Part shown: positions 33,641-45,092 of the stretch, in pieces | How positions within the stretch are numbered: position 1 is the stretch's first letter | Layout: every line of letters begins with the position of its first letter | NCBI GenBank assembly: GCA_008632985.1 | Contig: QPGO01000035.1 | Span: 1-48,168, forward strand | DNA length: 48,168 bases | Source of the DNA: Psammoneis japonica | Taxonomy: Eukaryota | Reading direction: 5' to 3' | The notes under the pieces: generated by a model | The model's input: the letters and a program-made list of their open reading frames with translations, nothing else | Databases searched by the model: none | Told to the model about the DNA's origin: nothing | Program-made: the position numbers and the translations under genes

Positions 33641-35698
33641 ATGACGCTCTCGTCGGATGATGATTCCGACGACAAGAAGCGTTGGAACCTTGACGTGGAC
33701 ATGACGCTAACACCCTTTCCAGGTGCACGTAAAAGGAAAAAGCAAAACAACAACACCGTGATTGATTCGTCTTCTTCTGAAGACGAATTGGATGCAGCGC
33801 TCCGAAAAATTGGAACCAAGCAACGAAAACAAAAGAAGATGTATGATTCTTCGTCGGATGATGACGACGACTCGTCGTGTTTTGAACCTTCACCGTTTGC
33901 AAAGGAAAAGCATGATGGAGGTTCCCGTTTGGGTGCAGCGCCTCGAAGACGCATGTCAACAACAACAACAATACAGCAGCAGACTGTAACAGCAGAAAAC
34001 TCGGATTCCGATGACGATTCTTCGTGTTTTGAGCCTTCGCCGTTTGCAAAGCAAAAGCCTACAACAGACGACGATTCACGCTTGGGTGCAGCGCCTCTCA
34101 AAAGTTCATCCACGAGAATACAACAGCAGACGGTAACCACAGAAAACTCGGATTCCGACAACGATGCTTCGTTTTGTGAGCCTTCGCCGTTTAGCCAAGC
34201 AAAACTTCAGACAAGTGCTAAGGAACAAACTGCTACTACTACTACATCAGAATTTACCTTGCCCGACCACAATGATGACTCGTCATCCTCAGATGAATCA
34301 TCGGTTGATTTATCGCTCAACAATGGAAGCCGAGGACCGTATGATACTGGTGAAGAATGTTTTGTTGAGACGGAGCCATTATCGTTTCAAAACAACGACA
34401 GTAATGATGATTGGCATACCGGATGTGCATTTAATACGACGACGGCCTCATCGCCGAAAGATCCTCCAAGAAACGACTTTACAGAAAGCGGCTTTGAAGC
34501 AAGCAGTTGTGCAGATGATTTTCATCAAGGAGGTAATCACGAAGCAATTGCGGAGAAAGAGACTCTTCAAGCACCCACGCAAAAGCCGAGAAGGTTCATG
34601 GGAAAGGAGGATGAGCTCGTGGAGAAGGCCTTCTTTTCCTCTTGTGTACCGTCCGAGCCAGAGCCAGCCAAAACAAGAACGCAGAGCTATGCACCGCGAG
34701 ACGCATTTCTCAAGACTACTTCTAGCCACCATAATAGGAAACGAGCACCACCTGTCCATCAAGAAGTGGTGGACTTGTGTGAAGACGACGATGTCAAGCA
34801 ACAGCAAGACATAGCGCCAGAGGTACACGAGGGATTGAGAGTTCCGATTCAGAGTCCGCAATTCAACCAGCGACTCTTCACGGATAATGTCCAACCTGTG
34901 CAACACAAGAAGGACAAAGATAATGATGATATTGTGGAGTGCTGGTCCGATGATGGAAAGAATGCGAGTGCAATGGAGCGAACGAGCACTACTGCAAGAC
35001 GTGAGCACTCCTCTCAGCAGCATCCACTACACAATCCTCGGCAATCGCTATTTTCTCGGTCTTCCAGCACACAGCATGCTGCTTCCGAGAGGAGCAGTAC
35101 CCGCGCATTGGAATCGTCGCATCTTCCGAAACGATGGAATGCCGAAAGAACAGATCGCCGGCGAAGACTTCGGGATGCTACCAATACGCACGAGGCGGCC
35201 GCAGTGGTTTTGAGGAACACTTCGTTTGATAGCAACAATGAACACTCGTTTGCTTCGTCTTCTTCTGCAAGACGGCCCAAGAGAAAGTCCTTTGTTCAGT
35301 CGGAAACAAACGTGTGGTACAGCAACGAGCCGTACTATCCACCAGTAGCTGCCACGGCAAGCGTGACGCAACGCAACGATCTCATGGGTGGTTCTGGTGC
35401 CGGTGTGGGAGGACATGATTTTGTAGCTGCGCCGGCGTCAAAGCCTCGGGGTGGTAGGAAGAAGAAGGCGACGGCGAAGAAGGCGACGACGAAAAAGGCT
35501 TGGGGCGGTCGCCGCCGATACAATGGATACAACAAGAAGAAAGGAACATACAACAATCGAAAAAAGGGAAATTACACCAACAACAGCAACGGTCGGCGAC
35601 GAAACAACAATAACAACAACTCAAACAGTGACTACATGGAGATATCGAGACAAGACCCGCAACTCAATCATGTCGGAGGAGCAAACATTATATTTTAG
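33641..35698 (+). CDS. Low-complexity, probably disordered nuclear protein of unknown function
   Basis: Long ORF from ATG 33641 with NLS-like RKRKK, three DDDSSCFEPSPF-type repeats and a basic K/R/N tail. Confidence 0.75.
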   Translation: MTLSSDDDSDDKKRWNLDVDMTLTPFPGARKRKKQNNNTVIDSSSSEDELDAALRKIGTKQRKQKKMYDSSSDDDDDSSCFEPSPFAKEKHDGGSRLGAAPRRRMSTTTTIQQQTVTAENSDSDDDSSCFEPSPFAKQKPTTDDDSRLGAAPLKSSSTRIQQQTVTTENSDSDNDASFCEPSPFSQAKLQTSAKEQTATTTTSEFTLPDHNDDSSSSDESSVDLSLNNGSRGPYDTGEECFVETEPLSFQNNDSNDDWHTGCAFNTTTASSPKDPPRNDFTESGFEASSCADDFHQGGNHEAIAEKETLQAPTQKPRRFMGKEDELVEKAFFSSCVPSEPEPAKTRTQSYAPRDAFLKTTSSHHNRKRAPPVHQEVVDLCEDDDVKQQQDIAPEVHEGLRVPIQSPQFNQRLFTDNVQPVQHKKDKDNDDIVECWSDDGKNASAMERTSTTARREHSSQQHPLHNPRQSLFSRSSSTQHAASERSSTRALESSHLPKRWNAERTDRRRRLRDATNTHEAAAVVLRNTSFDSNNEHSFASSSSARRPKRKSFVQSETNVWYSNEPYYPPVAATASVTQRNDLMGGSGAGVGGHDFVAAPASKPRGGRKKKATAKKATTKKAWGGRRRYNGYNKKKGTYNNRKKGNYTNNSNGRRRNNNNNNSNSDYMEISRQDPQLNHVGGANIIF

Positions 35699-35819
35699 GT
35701 TGGCAAAGACTTCTCGTACGTGTACGGTAGAGCATAGATGACATATTTTTTAGTCTTTCTACAGTTTTTGCTTAGCTCTTTTGCGAAACATTTATGCTGT
35801 TAAATCCCCAGGAAGAGCT

Positions 35820-38800
35820 GGATCAGGGGGGTAAGTTTTGTTGCGCCGCAGCCTCCAGCCCGCTTAAGTGTCGTCGAATCTTTTTCGGTCAGCAGAATGA
35901 AAGCTGTTCATGTCAGCCACATTCATTCAGTTCCCGTGAACAGACGATGGCTTTGCTGGCCTGTTCCAGGGAGACATGTCCTTAACTGGGGGTGGGAAAA
36001 ACTTGCTTCTGCAAGATGCCTGTTTGACCTGTCCCATTGTGGGGTGGATCTCTGGCGGGTGCAACTTGCTAAAATATTTGGTGGATCAACTCCTGGATCT
36101 TCAGTTGTTCAGGCATGAAAACTCAATGAACATGTCTGCCAAAATTCATTTTGGCACAGAGTGGTGCCCAAGCATGTCTGAGAGTGCCTCTCCAGCTCAA
36201 CACAATGTGGACATGCTTCTTCCTTTTACGGGGCTGCAGAGGGGCAGGAAAGCAATGTCCCAGTTGATGTGGTGCTCCTGGCAAATTTTGCTTGGTCTTG
36301 CTGCCAGACAAATTTTAGTCAGTGCTCTCAGCCCAACACCAAGGTTTGATGTGTGCTGACACCATGAATGAAGGCCACAATTGATTCCAGATGATGTCCC
36401 TTTCTTTGTCTCCCCCAGGGCAAAAATGATTGTGCAACCAAGTCCATTTGCAAAATGATGTTGCTGCCAGTCTTGCCATGAATTCTGACAGAAACTTTTT
36501 GCAATTTGGCAATGATTGGCATGTGTGTCAGATTTGAGTGGTGCTGCATGTTGTTGATGACTGACGACAATGTGTGTCAACCATCAGCATGTGTGTGTGT
36601 GCATGTGTGTGTTTGTGTCTTGGCTCACATGCAGTGCCAATGACATCCCACAAGTTATCACAAATGCATCATCTCATGGTGTGTGGCAGCTTGGCTGGAA
36701 GCCTTTGCCACCATCCACACATGCACACGTGCACCACGCAATGAGAGCAAAGACACTGTGACATGCACTTGCATGGTGTGAATGAACAAATGGTGCTGGC
36801 ATCACCAGTGGGAGAAAAGCATGCAATGAAACACACAAGCAACTTGCATGACAGTCACCAGTCAAAAATGTTGGTGCATGTGTTTCCAAATCAATCAGCT
36901 GGGGCAATGTGCCATCGTGCCAATGCCAGTGGCTGCTCCACACTTCCAAACAAATTGTCAGCTGTGTGTTGCTGCAGCAAAGTGAGCGAACATGACAAAG
37001 ACAATCAAGAAACAGAAAAAAATGACCACAGCATGGCAGTGAATGAGTTTCACAAAAAATTGTAAAAAAGAGCGTTGTTCCAGCTCCTCAGTCACCGGCA
37101 CAGCAAACACACCAACTGTGTGCTCAGCACAGCTGGCAACCACACATCATGTTTGCACATCTCAATGTGTGAGCACATGTGTGCTTGTTTGCTTTCAGCA
37201 TTTTTTGCCACACCTTGCAGACAGCTTTTTGGCTTGCCCAACTTTGGGCCAAAAATTTTGAGGCACACTTCCTGCTTTTGGCTTCTCTTTCTTCTTTGCT
37301 GCTGTTCTGAGTGGCTTTGGGTTCTTGCACCAAGCTTTGCCTCTTTTTCTTGGGAAAGGCAGCTTGATCTTGCTTTTTGTCAGATCCATTTTGATTTTCT
37401 GCAACTGCTCCTCATGGAAAAGCTGCCCCATTTTGGTGTTCTTTGTTGTTGATGAGAACATTCAACTTTGGTGTTTTTGTTGCAAGACAAACTTCAAACG
37501 GCACAAAGAATGAGGGTTGCTTGCACTTTTGCACTTCAAACTGAGGCACTGTCTGGGAAAACGCAAGAAAAAATGCATTGGTTGTCAAACTGTGCCAGAG
37601 AGAATTAAACAATCTGCACTCATCAACCTGTCCTCTCAAAAACAAAAACATTTGCTGTTGCTTTATTTTGTCATGAACACATCATTGTTGCAAGTTGACA
37701 TCCACTGGTTTTTGCTTGCACCAATGCTGCCACAAAAAAATTGTCAAGCCATTTTTTGTGTTTGCAGCATGTCACATCAGATTGAAATGCTTGTGCTGGC
37801 TGGGTCATGCAAAAAAAGCTTGACAGCTGCTTGCTGTTGTCACAATGTGAAAAACCAGCATTGACAAGCTTGCAGACAAGCACATTGATTGGCAATGCTT
37901 GGGAGCAATGTCAAACCATTGGCTTGCAGAGCTGGTGGTGCCCTCAAGCCAGATTCTGTCAAGGGCACTTGAGGGGGAGCTGCAATGAGCCTCTTTCTGT
38001 GCAGAAGCACACCAAAACTCTGCTCAAATCATTGGCCCCAAAACTCTTTGAGAAAGTGAACTGCAAAGCCATTTTTTTCTTGCTGGCCCCTTCTTAGATC
38101 CAAAGAATCCATCCAAGCAGTTGCAACAATGTGCTCAACTCTGTGGCCAGTGTGAGGCAGATGTGTGAAGGCCAGAGCAAAGTTGGCTGAGTTCAAATTT
38201 TTTCTCAAACATGATGATTTGCTCTTGGGGGGATTGGTGCCAGAACAATCCAGGAATTCACTCCAGAGTGATGACAGAAAACACAACCTCACTTTGTCCC
38301 CTTGACTCTCAGCTGGAAATGGCTTCACACCACATTTGTCAATTTTGCTCAACCCCGTGCGCAGCAAAGAGGCTGTGAAGCTCGACTGGTGGCACGCTGG
38401 CTTTCTTGACTTTAATTTTCTCCATTTTCTCACTGACATTTGACATTGCTTGGAGGTTGGCAATGCCCAAAACACAGGCAAGCAGCTCAAGAACAAGCAC
38501 CTTGCTGCTGCAGAGCAACAGCTGAGAGGCTGAAAAAGCAGTGACCCTGAGATTGGGATCTCCGCTCCTCCTTTTTGCACCAAGCTCTCCATGTTGAGAG
38601 CCATCCAATTCATGAATCCAAATTGGGAAAGGAGGTGACACTCAACAGGGATGTTTCAAGGATTTGGAGTTGCACTTTGGTCTGAGGTTCTCTTGAAGGG
38701 ACATTGAAGAGGTGGAGCAAGTTGCTGTCCAACAACAATGCCGTTCTTGTGCAACAAAAAGCTTGGCTGCAGCCACGATGCTGATGTCCTGCACACATGC

Positions 38801-39540
38801 ACACATGTGCACAGCAAATGCACTGAATTCATGAGCAACTTGAGTGCCAGCTGCTGCTTGCCAACACACACCATGGCACTGCTTTGTGCTGCAAAACTCA
38901 ACCAATCGGGGTGAGATGTTGCTGCTGGTTGTGCCAACATGCCAACGCCCACCCCACCAAGTTTTTGAGAGCAAGTTGATCGCACATGGTGGCTCCACAG
39001 CAAAGTGAGCAAATGCAGCTAAGACAGCCAAGAAACAGACAATGAAAATTGTTGCAGAGAGCAGAAATTGGCAGGCTTTGCATGTCTGTGTGAGCATCCA
39101 AGCAGCATCTTCTTCTTGCCCCGCTGGCGGCTCTCTGTCAGCAACAGATGCACCACCCACCCACCAAAGCAACTGGCAAATATGTGTGCACACACAGGTT
39201 CACATCAGCAGCACATTGCATGGTTTCATTCACTCTCACTGTTTTTGCCACACCTGGCAGATGGCTTTGGTCAACCTGACTTCTGAGGCAAAACTGTTGC
39301 CAGAAACTTCTTGATGTTGGGCTCGAGGCTTTTGTTTTGTTGTGTTTTCATTTTCTCTGTCTTCTTTGCTGGCTGTGTTGAACAGCTTCAGGCTCTGCAT
39401 GCGCTGCACACTTTGCCGCTTTTTCTTGGTGAGTGCAGCGCTTGGTCCTGGTTTTTGTTGGATGCGTTTTAGAAAAGGCAACTGTGGTGTGCGCGTTTGT
39501 TTCGCCAAAAGTTGAACTGCGATTCGATTTATTTCCGTTG
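35820..39540. mobile_element. Degenerate repeat, probably a DNA-transposon relic (family unresolved)
   Basis: TA/CpG-void block (~36100-39400) between two normal genes, with no intact ORF; K-rich and Cys-rich remnants on the minus strand. Confidence 0.4.
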
Positions 39541-39750
39541 AACGGAAGATCAACAACATCTATCTAATTAGTATATACTTATTTAAACATACGAATCTTA
39601 AGATCATTATTTTCAGTTTTGTTGCCCTTTCGCTCACAAATTCATCGGAAGCGGACCCTCTGCAGTAAGCGGCATCGCCGCATGATCTAGTCTACTCATT
39701 GCTAGACAAGGCAACAGGCAACGTTGAATACCATCCAATTAATCTTGAAC

Positions 39751-41754
39751 ATGAAAAATCAAGGAAAAGAAGATGTTGAAGATCCATTGATCCCGTCAAA
39801 GGCACCAGAAAAGGTGTTCCCGACTCCGAAATTTGTCGTGACAGTAACGTCACCTGTTGTAGTTTCCGTCAGTGGCACAACAGATGTGAATGATGTGTGG
39901 AAGGAATACTTGGCCAATACAGAGACGACTGTGCACACCGTTCAAACGACAAAGCTGACCAGAGTAAAAATGCAATCGCTCTTAGTGAAAATGATCAACC
40001 GTCTCATCCGAGAAGAAGTCATCCCATACGAAGCTGTTAGTTTCTTGGTTGGTCCTAGAACTGTTTTTGTTCACATTCTAGTTTGTGCAACGGCGGTTCC
40101 AATCATAATGTCTCGGTGTGAGCACATAGGAGTCGGGAACACTGTTGGTTTGTGCTTTGTTTCCCCACTAGAAACCGCTTTGTGTCCTCCGGCACTTGCA
40201 GGCCCCACCAAAGAGATTTCGCTTCCTACAATGACACCTGCAATGGGGGTCTCCGATCATTCGACCGTTGAAGTTGAATCAAAAGCTGAATCCAAAACAA
40301 TAGCAACTGTAGAGGAAAGTATGCTCACTGTTGAAGACGAGTCAAAGAAACAAGACAATGATTTGGGGAGCAGTGTAAGCTCCGTGAAAAGTGACAAGGA
40401 AGAGATCGACGCGAAGAAGAAAGACGCAGCACCCGTAACCGTCATTCCTGACAGTGTTCAAGTACCATTTCTTACTCAAGAGCGGAAAAAGGAACTTGCT
40501 GAATGTGTCGTGAGAGCACGCAAGGAGTGGCGTGACACTGCATCCAAAGTTCGTGTCGCGCAGGTTGTCGAGGAGATCTCAGCTGGGGCAGCCTTTACGC
40601 TTGACTACCTGGCGTTTGTCTTGTGTGCGGCTTTTATAGCAGCATCTGGACTGGTGACTGACAGTAGTACTACAGTAATTGCTTCCATGCTTGTCTCTCC
40701 GATCATGGGTCCTGTATTAGGGATCACATTTTTCACAACAATCAAGAGCAAACCATTGATTGTCAGGTCGTTGCGGAACGAAGTGGTGTCACTTGTGATA
40801 TGCATTGTTGTTGGCATAATTGGCGGTATTGTAACCACAGTTACAGGAACTCCAAAGCGGCGTGATTGGCCAAGTGAAGAAATGGTAAGTAGAGGTGACC
40901 TCACTGGATTGGTCGCTGGAATATGGGTCGCCATTCCTTCTGGAATCGCCGTTGCTCTCAGTACTCTTGGGAAGAACAGCAGTGGAATGGTTGGTGTAGC
41001 TATATCTCTTTCGTTACTTCCTCCATCTGTGAATGCTGGTATATGCTGGGTCTACGATCTCATGCTACGGAGTGACCGGTATGATAGAAACGAAGGTGAT
41101 GACACAAATTACGCAGAAAAGGGAACGATATCCTTTTTCCTTACCCTTGTAAATATTGCATGTATCTGGATTGCTGGAACAATAACATTCAGGCTTAAAG
41201 AAGTCATTCCAGTAAAGCAGAAAAATGCTTTCTGGTCAAGAGATGTTGCTATCTACAGAGAAGCCCAAGATGTCTCCCAAGGGGCTGACCTGGAAGTCCT
41301 AAACGAAGGGTTTAAGGCCACGCTGGAACTACAGGAAGCAACAGCAGTTGAAGGAGACATTTACAAGGATACCAATTTTGATTTGAAAGCGGATCAAGTA
41401 GCTTCAGCCCGTCGGCGTGCACTTGCCGGTAATGCCATCGAAGACGCTTTCGTCTGGAATAACACGGGCCTTAATGGCCCAGTTGTTGGCGGTGGTGCAG
41501 TAACTGATGCATTTCCGGATGAGGTGGAGTTGCAAGATGCCGTAGATGACCTATCTGAAGCATCTCTGTTCGAGAACGCGAACAAGTTTGGAGGACTCGA
41601 GGAAGCTGGACAGGCCCTTTTTGACTATGACCTGACAAGTATTGCCGGTCGATCAATATTTGAAGAGGAAGACTCGCTTAAACGCACTGATGCTTTGATA
41701 CGCCACGAAGATGTTGCTGAAGAGGTACTTCTTCAAGAGATTGATTTTAGTTGA
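39751..41754 (+). CDS. DUF389 multi-pass membrane protein
   Basis: IAASGLVTDSSTTVIASMLVSPIMGP, EMVSRG and GVAISLSLLPP. ATG at 39751. Confidence 0.88.
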   Translation: MKNQGKEDVEDPLIPSKAPEKVFPTPKFVVTVTSPVVVSVSGTTDVNDVWKEYLANTETTVHTVQTTKLTRVKMQSLLVKMINRLIREEVIPYEAVSFLVGPRTVFVHILVCATAVPIIMSRCEHIGVGNTVGLCFVSPLETALCPPALAGPTKEISLPTMTPAMGVSDHSTVEVESKAESKTIATVEESMLTVEDESKKQDNDLGSSVSSVKSDKEEIDAKKKDAAPVTVIPDSVQVPFLTQERKKELAECVVRARKEWRDTASKVRVAQVVEEISAGAAFTLDYLAFVLCAAFIAASGLVTDSSTTVIASMLVSPIMGPVLGITFFTTIKSKPLIVRSLRNEVVSLVICIVVGIIGGIVTTVTGTPKRRDWPSEEMVSRGDLTGLVAGIWVAIPSGIAVALSTLGKNSSGMVGVAISLSLLPPSVNAGICWVYDLMLRSDRYDRNEGDDTNYAEKGTISFFLTLVNIACIWIAGTITFRLKEVIPVKQKNAFWSRDVAIYREAQDVSQGADLEVLNEGFKATLELQEATAVEGDIYKDTNFDLKADQVASARRRALAGNAIEDAFVWNNTGLNGPVVGGGAVTDAFPDEVELQDAVDDLSEASLFENANKFGGLEEAGQALFDYDLTSIAGRSIFEEEDSLKRTDALIRHEDVAEEVLLQEIDFS

Positions 41755-42312
41755 GTAGCAATGTAATTTGAGCCTCCACCCTGTCATCGTATTCGATTGG
41801 ATTTATGACAAGAGCGGCACCCGATACCATTCTCTCCATGGGTCAACTGGCAATCGGGATGCTCGTGTTCATTATCGTCGTGATCATTTGCAATTCACAG
41901 TTGCTCTCTGTAAAAGCGGCTGGTTTGTTGTTACCAGTCGAGCCTTGTTGTAGTACAATCCTACACGTATTTCAATGTACCATACGGTGGCATACTGCTG
42001 TGACACTCCCACCGTGACGGGTCCTGCTCATACTTATGCGGCCCGCGACAGAGGGCGAGACGACGTTGGACAGCTTTGAGCTTTCCAAACTTATCACACC
42101 AAGCTTGGTAGTCATAACGAGCAAACCCGCGAGGCTGCTTGTCTCAGTCAAACCCGACGGAATCCAAGGCTTTTATCAATCGTCAAGTCTTTCTTATTGA
42201 GCCCACGCTGGAAGTCGATTCAATACCCCAACACCGGACCCTGTTGTTCTGCTTTGCGTCTCACACCTCAGCAGCGAGTATTGCGAGGAGATGAGTCTGA
42301 TGTTCACAACCT

Positions 42313-44286
42313 TCATTCCACCCCAGGTAGCTCAGCGCCAGGTAGATTCGGTGCTTTCAAAACGTATGTTGCCACCCATCGTCGCAAGACAGCGTCCGCA
42401 AGATCTGATACTCTCACGTTGCTACTGAAAACGATCCTGTCGTCATCATTTCCCTCGCTGGAGTCGCTGTCTTTCTTGTCCACGTCTTTCCCCGCAATCT
42501 CCCATGCTGCTCTACTGATTTCGATGCTCTTATCGATATTTGTAGTCGACAGTAGATCTTGTGATTTCAAAGCATCCCAGATTTCCTGAGTTTGTTTCAA
42601 CGAAACAGGCTCAAACTTACCGTCCCACACTTGTCCTCTCAGCCCGCCAGCACTTCCACCACCAGTCTTTTCCCAAATGCAGCCGCCACTCAATGCCATG
42701 AAATCTCGTGGCTGAGCCATGCCTGTGCCGATTGCGCTGGCAACCTCCTCGGCACTGCATTCCCAGATGCCCTCTTCGGATGGTAGAAAAGGCACTCCAA
42801 CTTGAGCATCTCGTAGTGTCTGGCTGCAGTGCAGCCAAAGAATCGGCCGGACGCTCTCGCCGCTTACTTCATATTTACCGCCATACTTTTGAACAAAGGG
42901 AACCGGGAGTGTATGGTTTAGTCCCTGCACGGTAACTGGCAAGTCAATCACTTTTGAGGTTGGGTGGTTTAGGTACACGCCCGTTGTGAACTGATCGTCA
43001 TCACTTGTAACCAGAACAATGCACTTGTGCATATCTTGATCAGCCAAGAGAAATGGGGATTGGCTGCTAGAAGACCCGCGAAAAAGATATCCGGGTTGAA
43101 TCTTCGTATCACCAATTGCTCTGTCAATAGAAGCATCAACAGGACCTTCAAGAACAGGACTCAACCTCCCACCAATGAAGCTTGACGCCTTCTCTGAACC
43201 CGACGCTTTAAAGTCGAGACGATCCCTGGCCCACTCTAGCAGCATCAAATCATCAAAACTAGACCTTTCCGTTGATGCATGATCTCGTCCAACTAAATCC
43301 ATTAGAAACTCCCACGTATCCATGCCAGCTTTACGTGGATCAATGTCTGCATTGTTTCGTTTTGTGAGTTCATTCAAGACCGTTCCAGAATCTGTCGAAA
43401 TCATGATCCACGAGTCTCGCGCTAGTTCTTCAAGAAGCTGGCCTCCCCTCCAGCCGCAGTAGCCAGCGAATAACCAGAAATCTGAAGAAACAGCCTCACC
43501 GGCTTTTACTAATTTCTTTGCATTCTCGAACGCTGTGTACTGCTCGAAAGCAACAAAACAGCACAAGTGAGCCGAGGAGGGAAGACCGTATCTCAAGAGG
43601 GTCGATAGTCATTCAAGGGTAAGCCTCACCTTGATATCTTTCATTACCAAAGTCGACACTTCGTCAGCTGCCTTGGATGACAGAGAGTGCAAGCAAACAA
43701 TTTCAGTGTCGTCTGATCTCATTCCCTGCACATCGCCGCCGAACCACACCCGCCATTCGTTGTCAAGAATCAGATTCGAAGGTCGATTCAAAAGGATGGC
43801 TCGTGTGAAAAAGTTTTCTTCATGCTTCAGAACTAAAATCGCTGATTTGTGAAAATACTGCTGTCGAAGACCATACCCAAAGACTGGATTAGGCTTGCTG
43901 AGTATAATGGATCCAGCCTCAATGACAGGACCAGATTCATACGCCCATTGCTTTGGGCTGTCTGAGGTGACCGTGTTTTTGTCTTTTGTGGAGCTCTTTT
44001 CTTGCCTCTTCTCTTGCATGACGAGTTTTGCACGAAAATCTCTCCAGTCCCCTAGATTTTTTTGTCCATCCGACTCGTTGGCTCCGTTGTTTGAATCATC
44101 ATCTGACTTCCCACCATTCTTCAGCGCCATTGTCCGCGAAAATAAGAGGCCATCACATCTCGTCACAAACGCAGTAGGTCCTCGAGAATCGCGTCTTCTC
44201 GGCGTCATTTCATGAAAGGCGTTGACAACGCCAGTGGGACGTGTCGTGGCAGTTGCAAAAAGACATAGAAAGTTAACTGCGTACAT
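42313..44286 (-). CDS. AlgH/YqgE (DUF179) family protein with two domains; intron 43540-43629; ~627 aa; probably plastid-targeted
   Basis: DWRDFRAKLV, QQYFHKSAILVL...ILLNRP, WFGGDV, FAGYCGW..GQL.EEL..DSW; second domain HKCIVLV...GVYLNHP...YGG. The splice joins KDIK|YTAF in phase 0. Confidence 0.88.
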
Positions 44287-44432
44287 TTTTTAATAGCAAA
44301 TCATTCGGCATTCAGCTGATTTGATTCCAAGTAATGCACCCGAGCTGTTGCTTCCAACTTTTCTAACGCTTTTTTTCTTTTCTACTCTCTATAAGCTACA
44401 GTATAAGTAGTAAGTAGAGATTCCGTGGAGAC

Positions 44433-44936
44433 TGAGATATGAGGTATGATGAAGAGATTCGTAAGAAGAGAATGTTGTGTCGCCTTGTAAAGGAACGTTA
44501 GGAGTTAGGATCGCATCCGGTTCACGTCATGACATCCTGGATCCTGGAAGGTCCATAGCTTTGAGCGAGAATAACTACACGGTAGAAAGTAGGTACCGTA
44601 CAGTAACCCCCCCCCCCCGAGGTGCATACGTAACTATCCGAGAGCCTGTGAGTCACGAGTCAACAACCGAGTCTGATTCACGGATGACGCTCCCGGTCAT
44701 GGATCTCTTCTTCCGGAAGAAATGTCCGTTGAGTCTTCTAGCGATAGTAATCGGAGTGACACACACGACCGTTAGGTCATAATGTCATCTCCAATCCCTC
44801 GTGAGATCTTCTCACAATTCGTATCTTTAGCGTATCTTATTGTCCCAAAACCCACTTCTTATCATCCTCTGTTGTATTGTACAACCTCAAGAGAGTCCTG
44901 AACTCTCCATCCTACACAGTGTGTTGTTGTATCCCA
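44433..44936 (+). repeat. Candidate 5' LTR of the copia element
   Basis: Non-coding stretch upstream of gag with imperfect terminal inverted match tgagatat..gtatccca, followed by ag-TGG (possible PBS at 44939). Second LTR is outside the window; an alternative start is tgttg at 44473. Confidence 0.35.
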
Positions 44937-45092
44937 AGTGGTTACGACCCCAATCCACGCACCGGCATCAACTCGCAACGGAGTTGCTGCCACTCGTTTG
45001 TCTCGTTACAGACGACATCCTGTCCAACGGCGATCTTCTATGTCGCAATCCCCACCCACCAATCGATCCTCTACATCGAATCATCCACAACC

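Noticed and set aside
35790..39600. Terminal inverted repeats or Helitron ends for the 36-39 kb block
   Set aside because: No convincing TIR, TSD or hairpin-CTAG found by eye.
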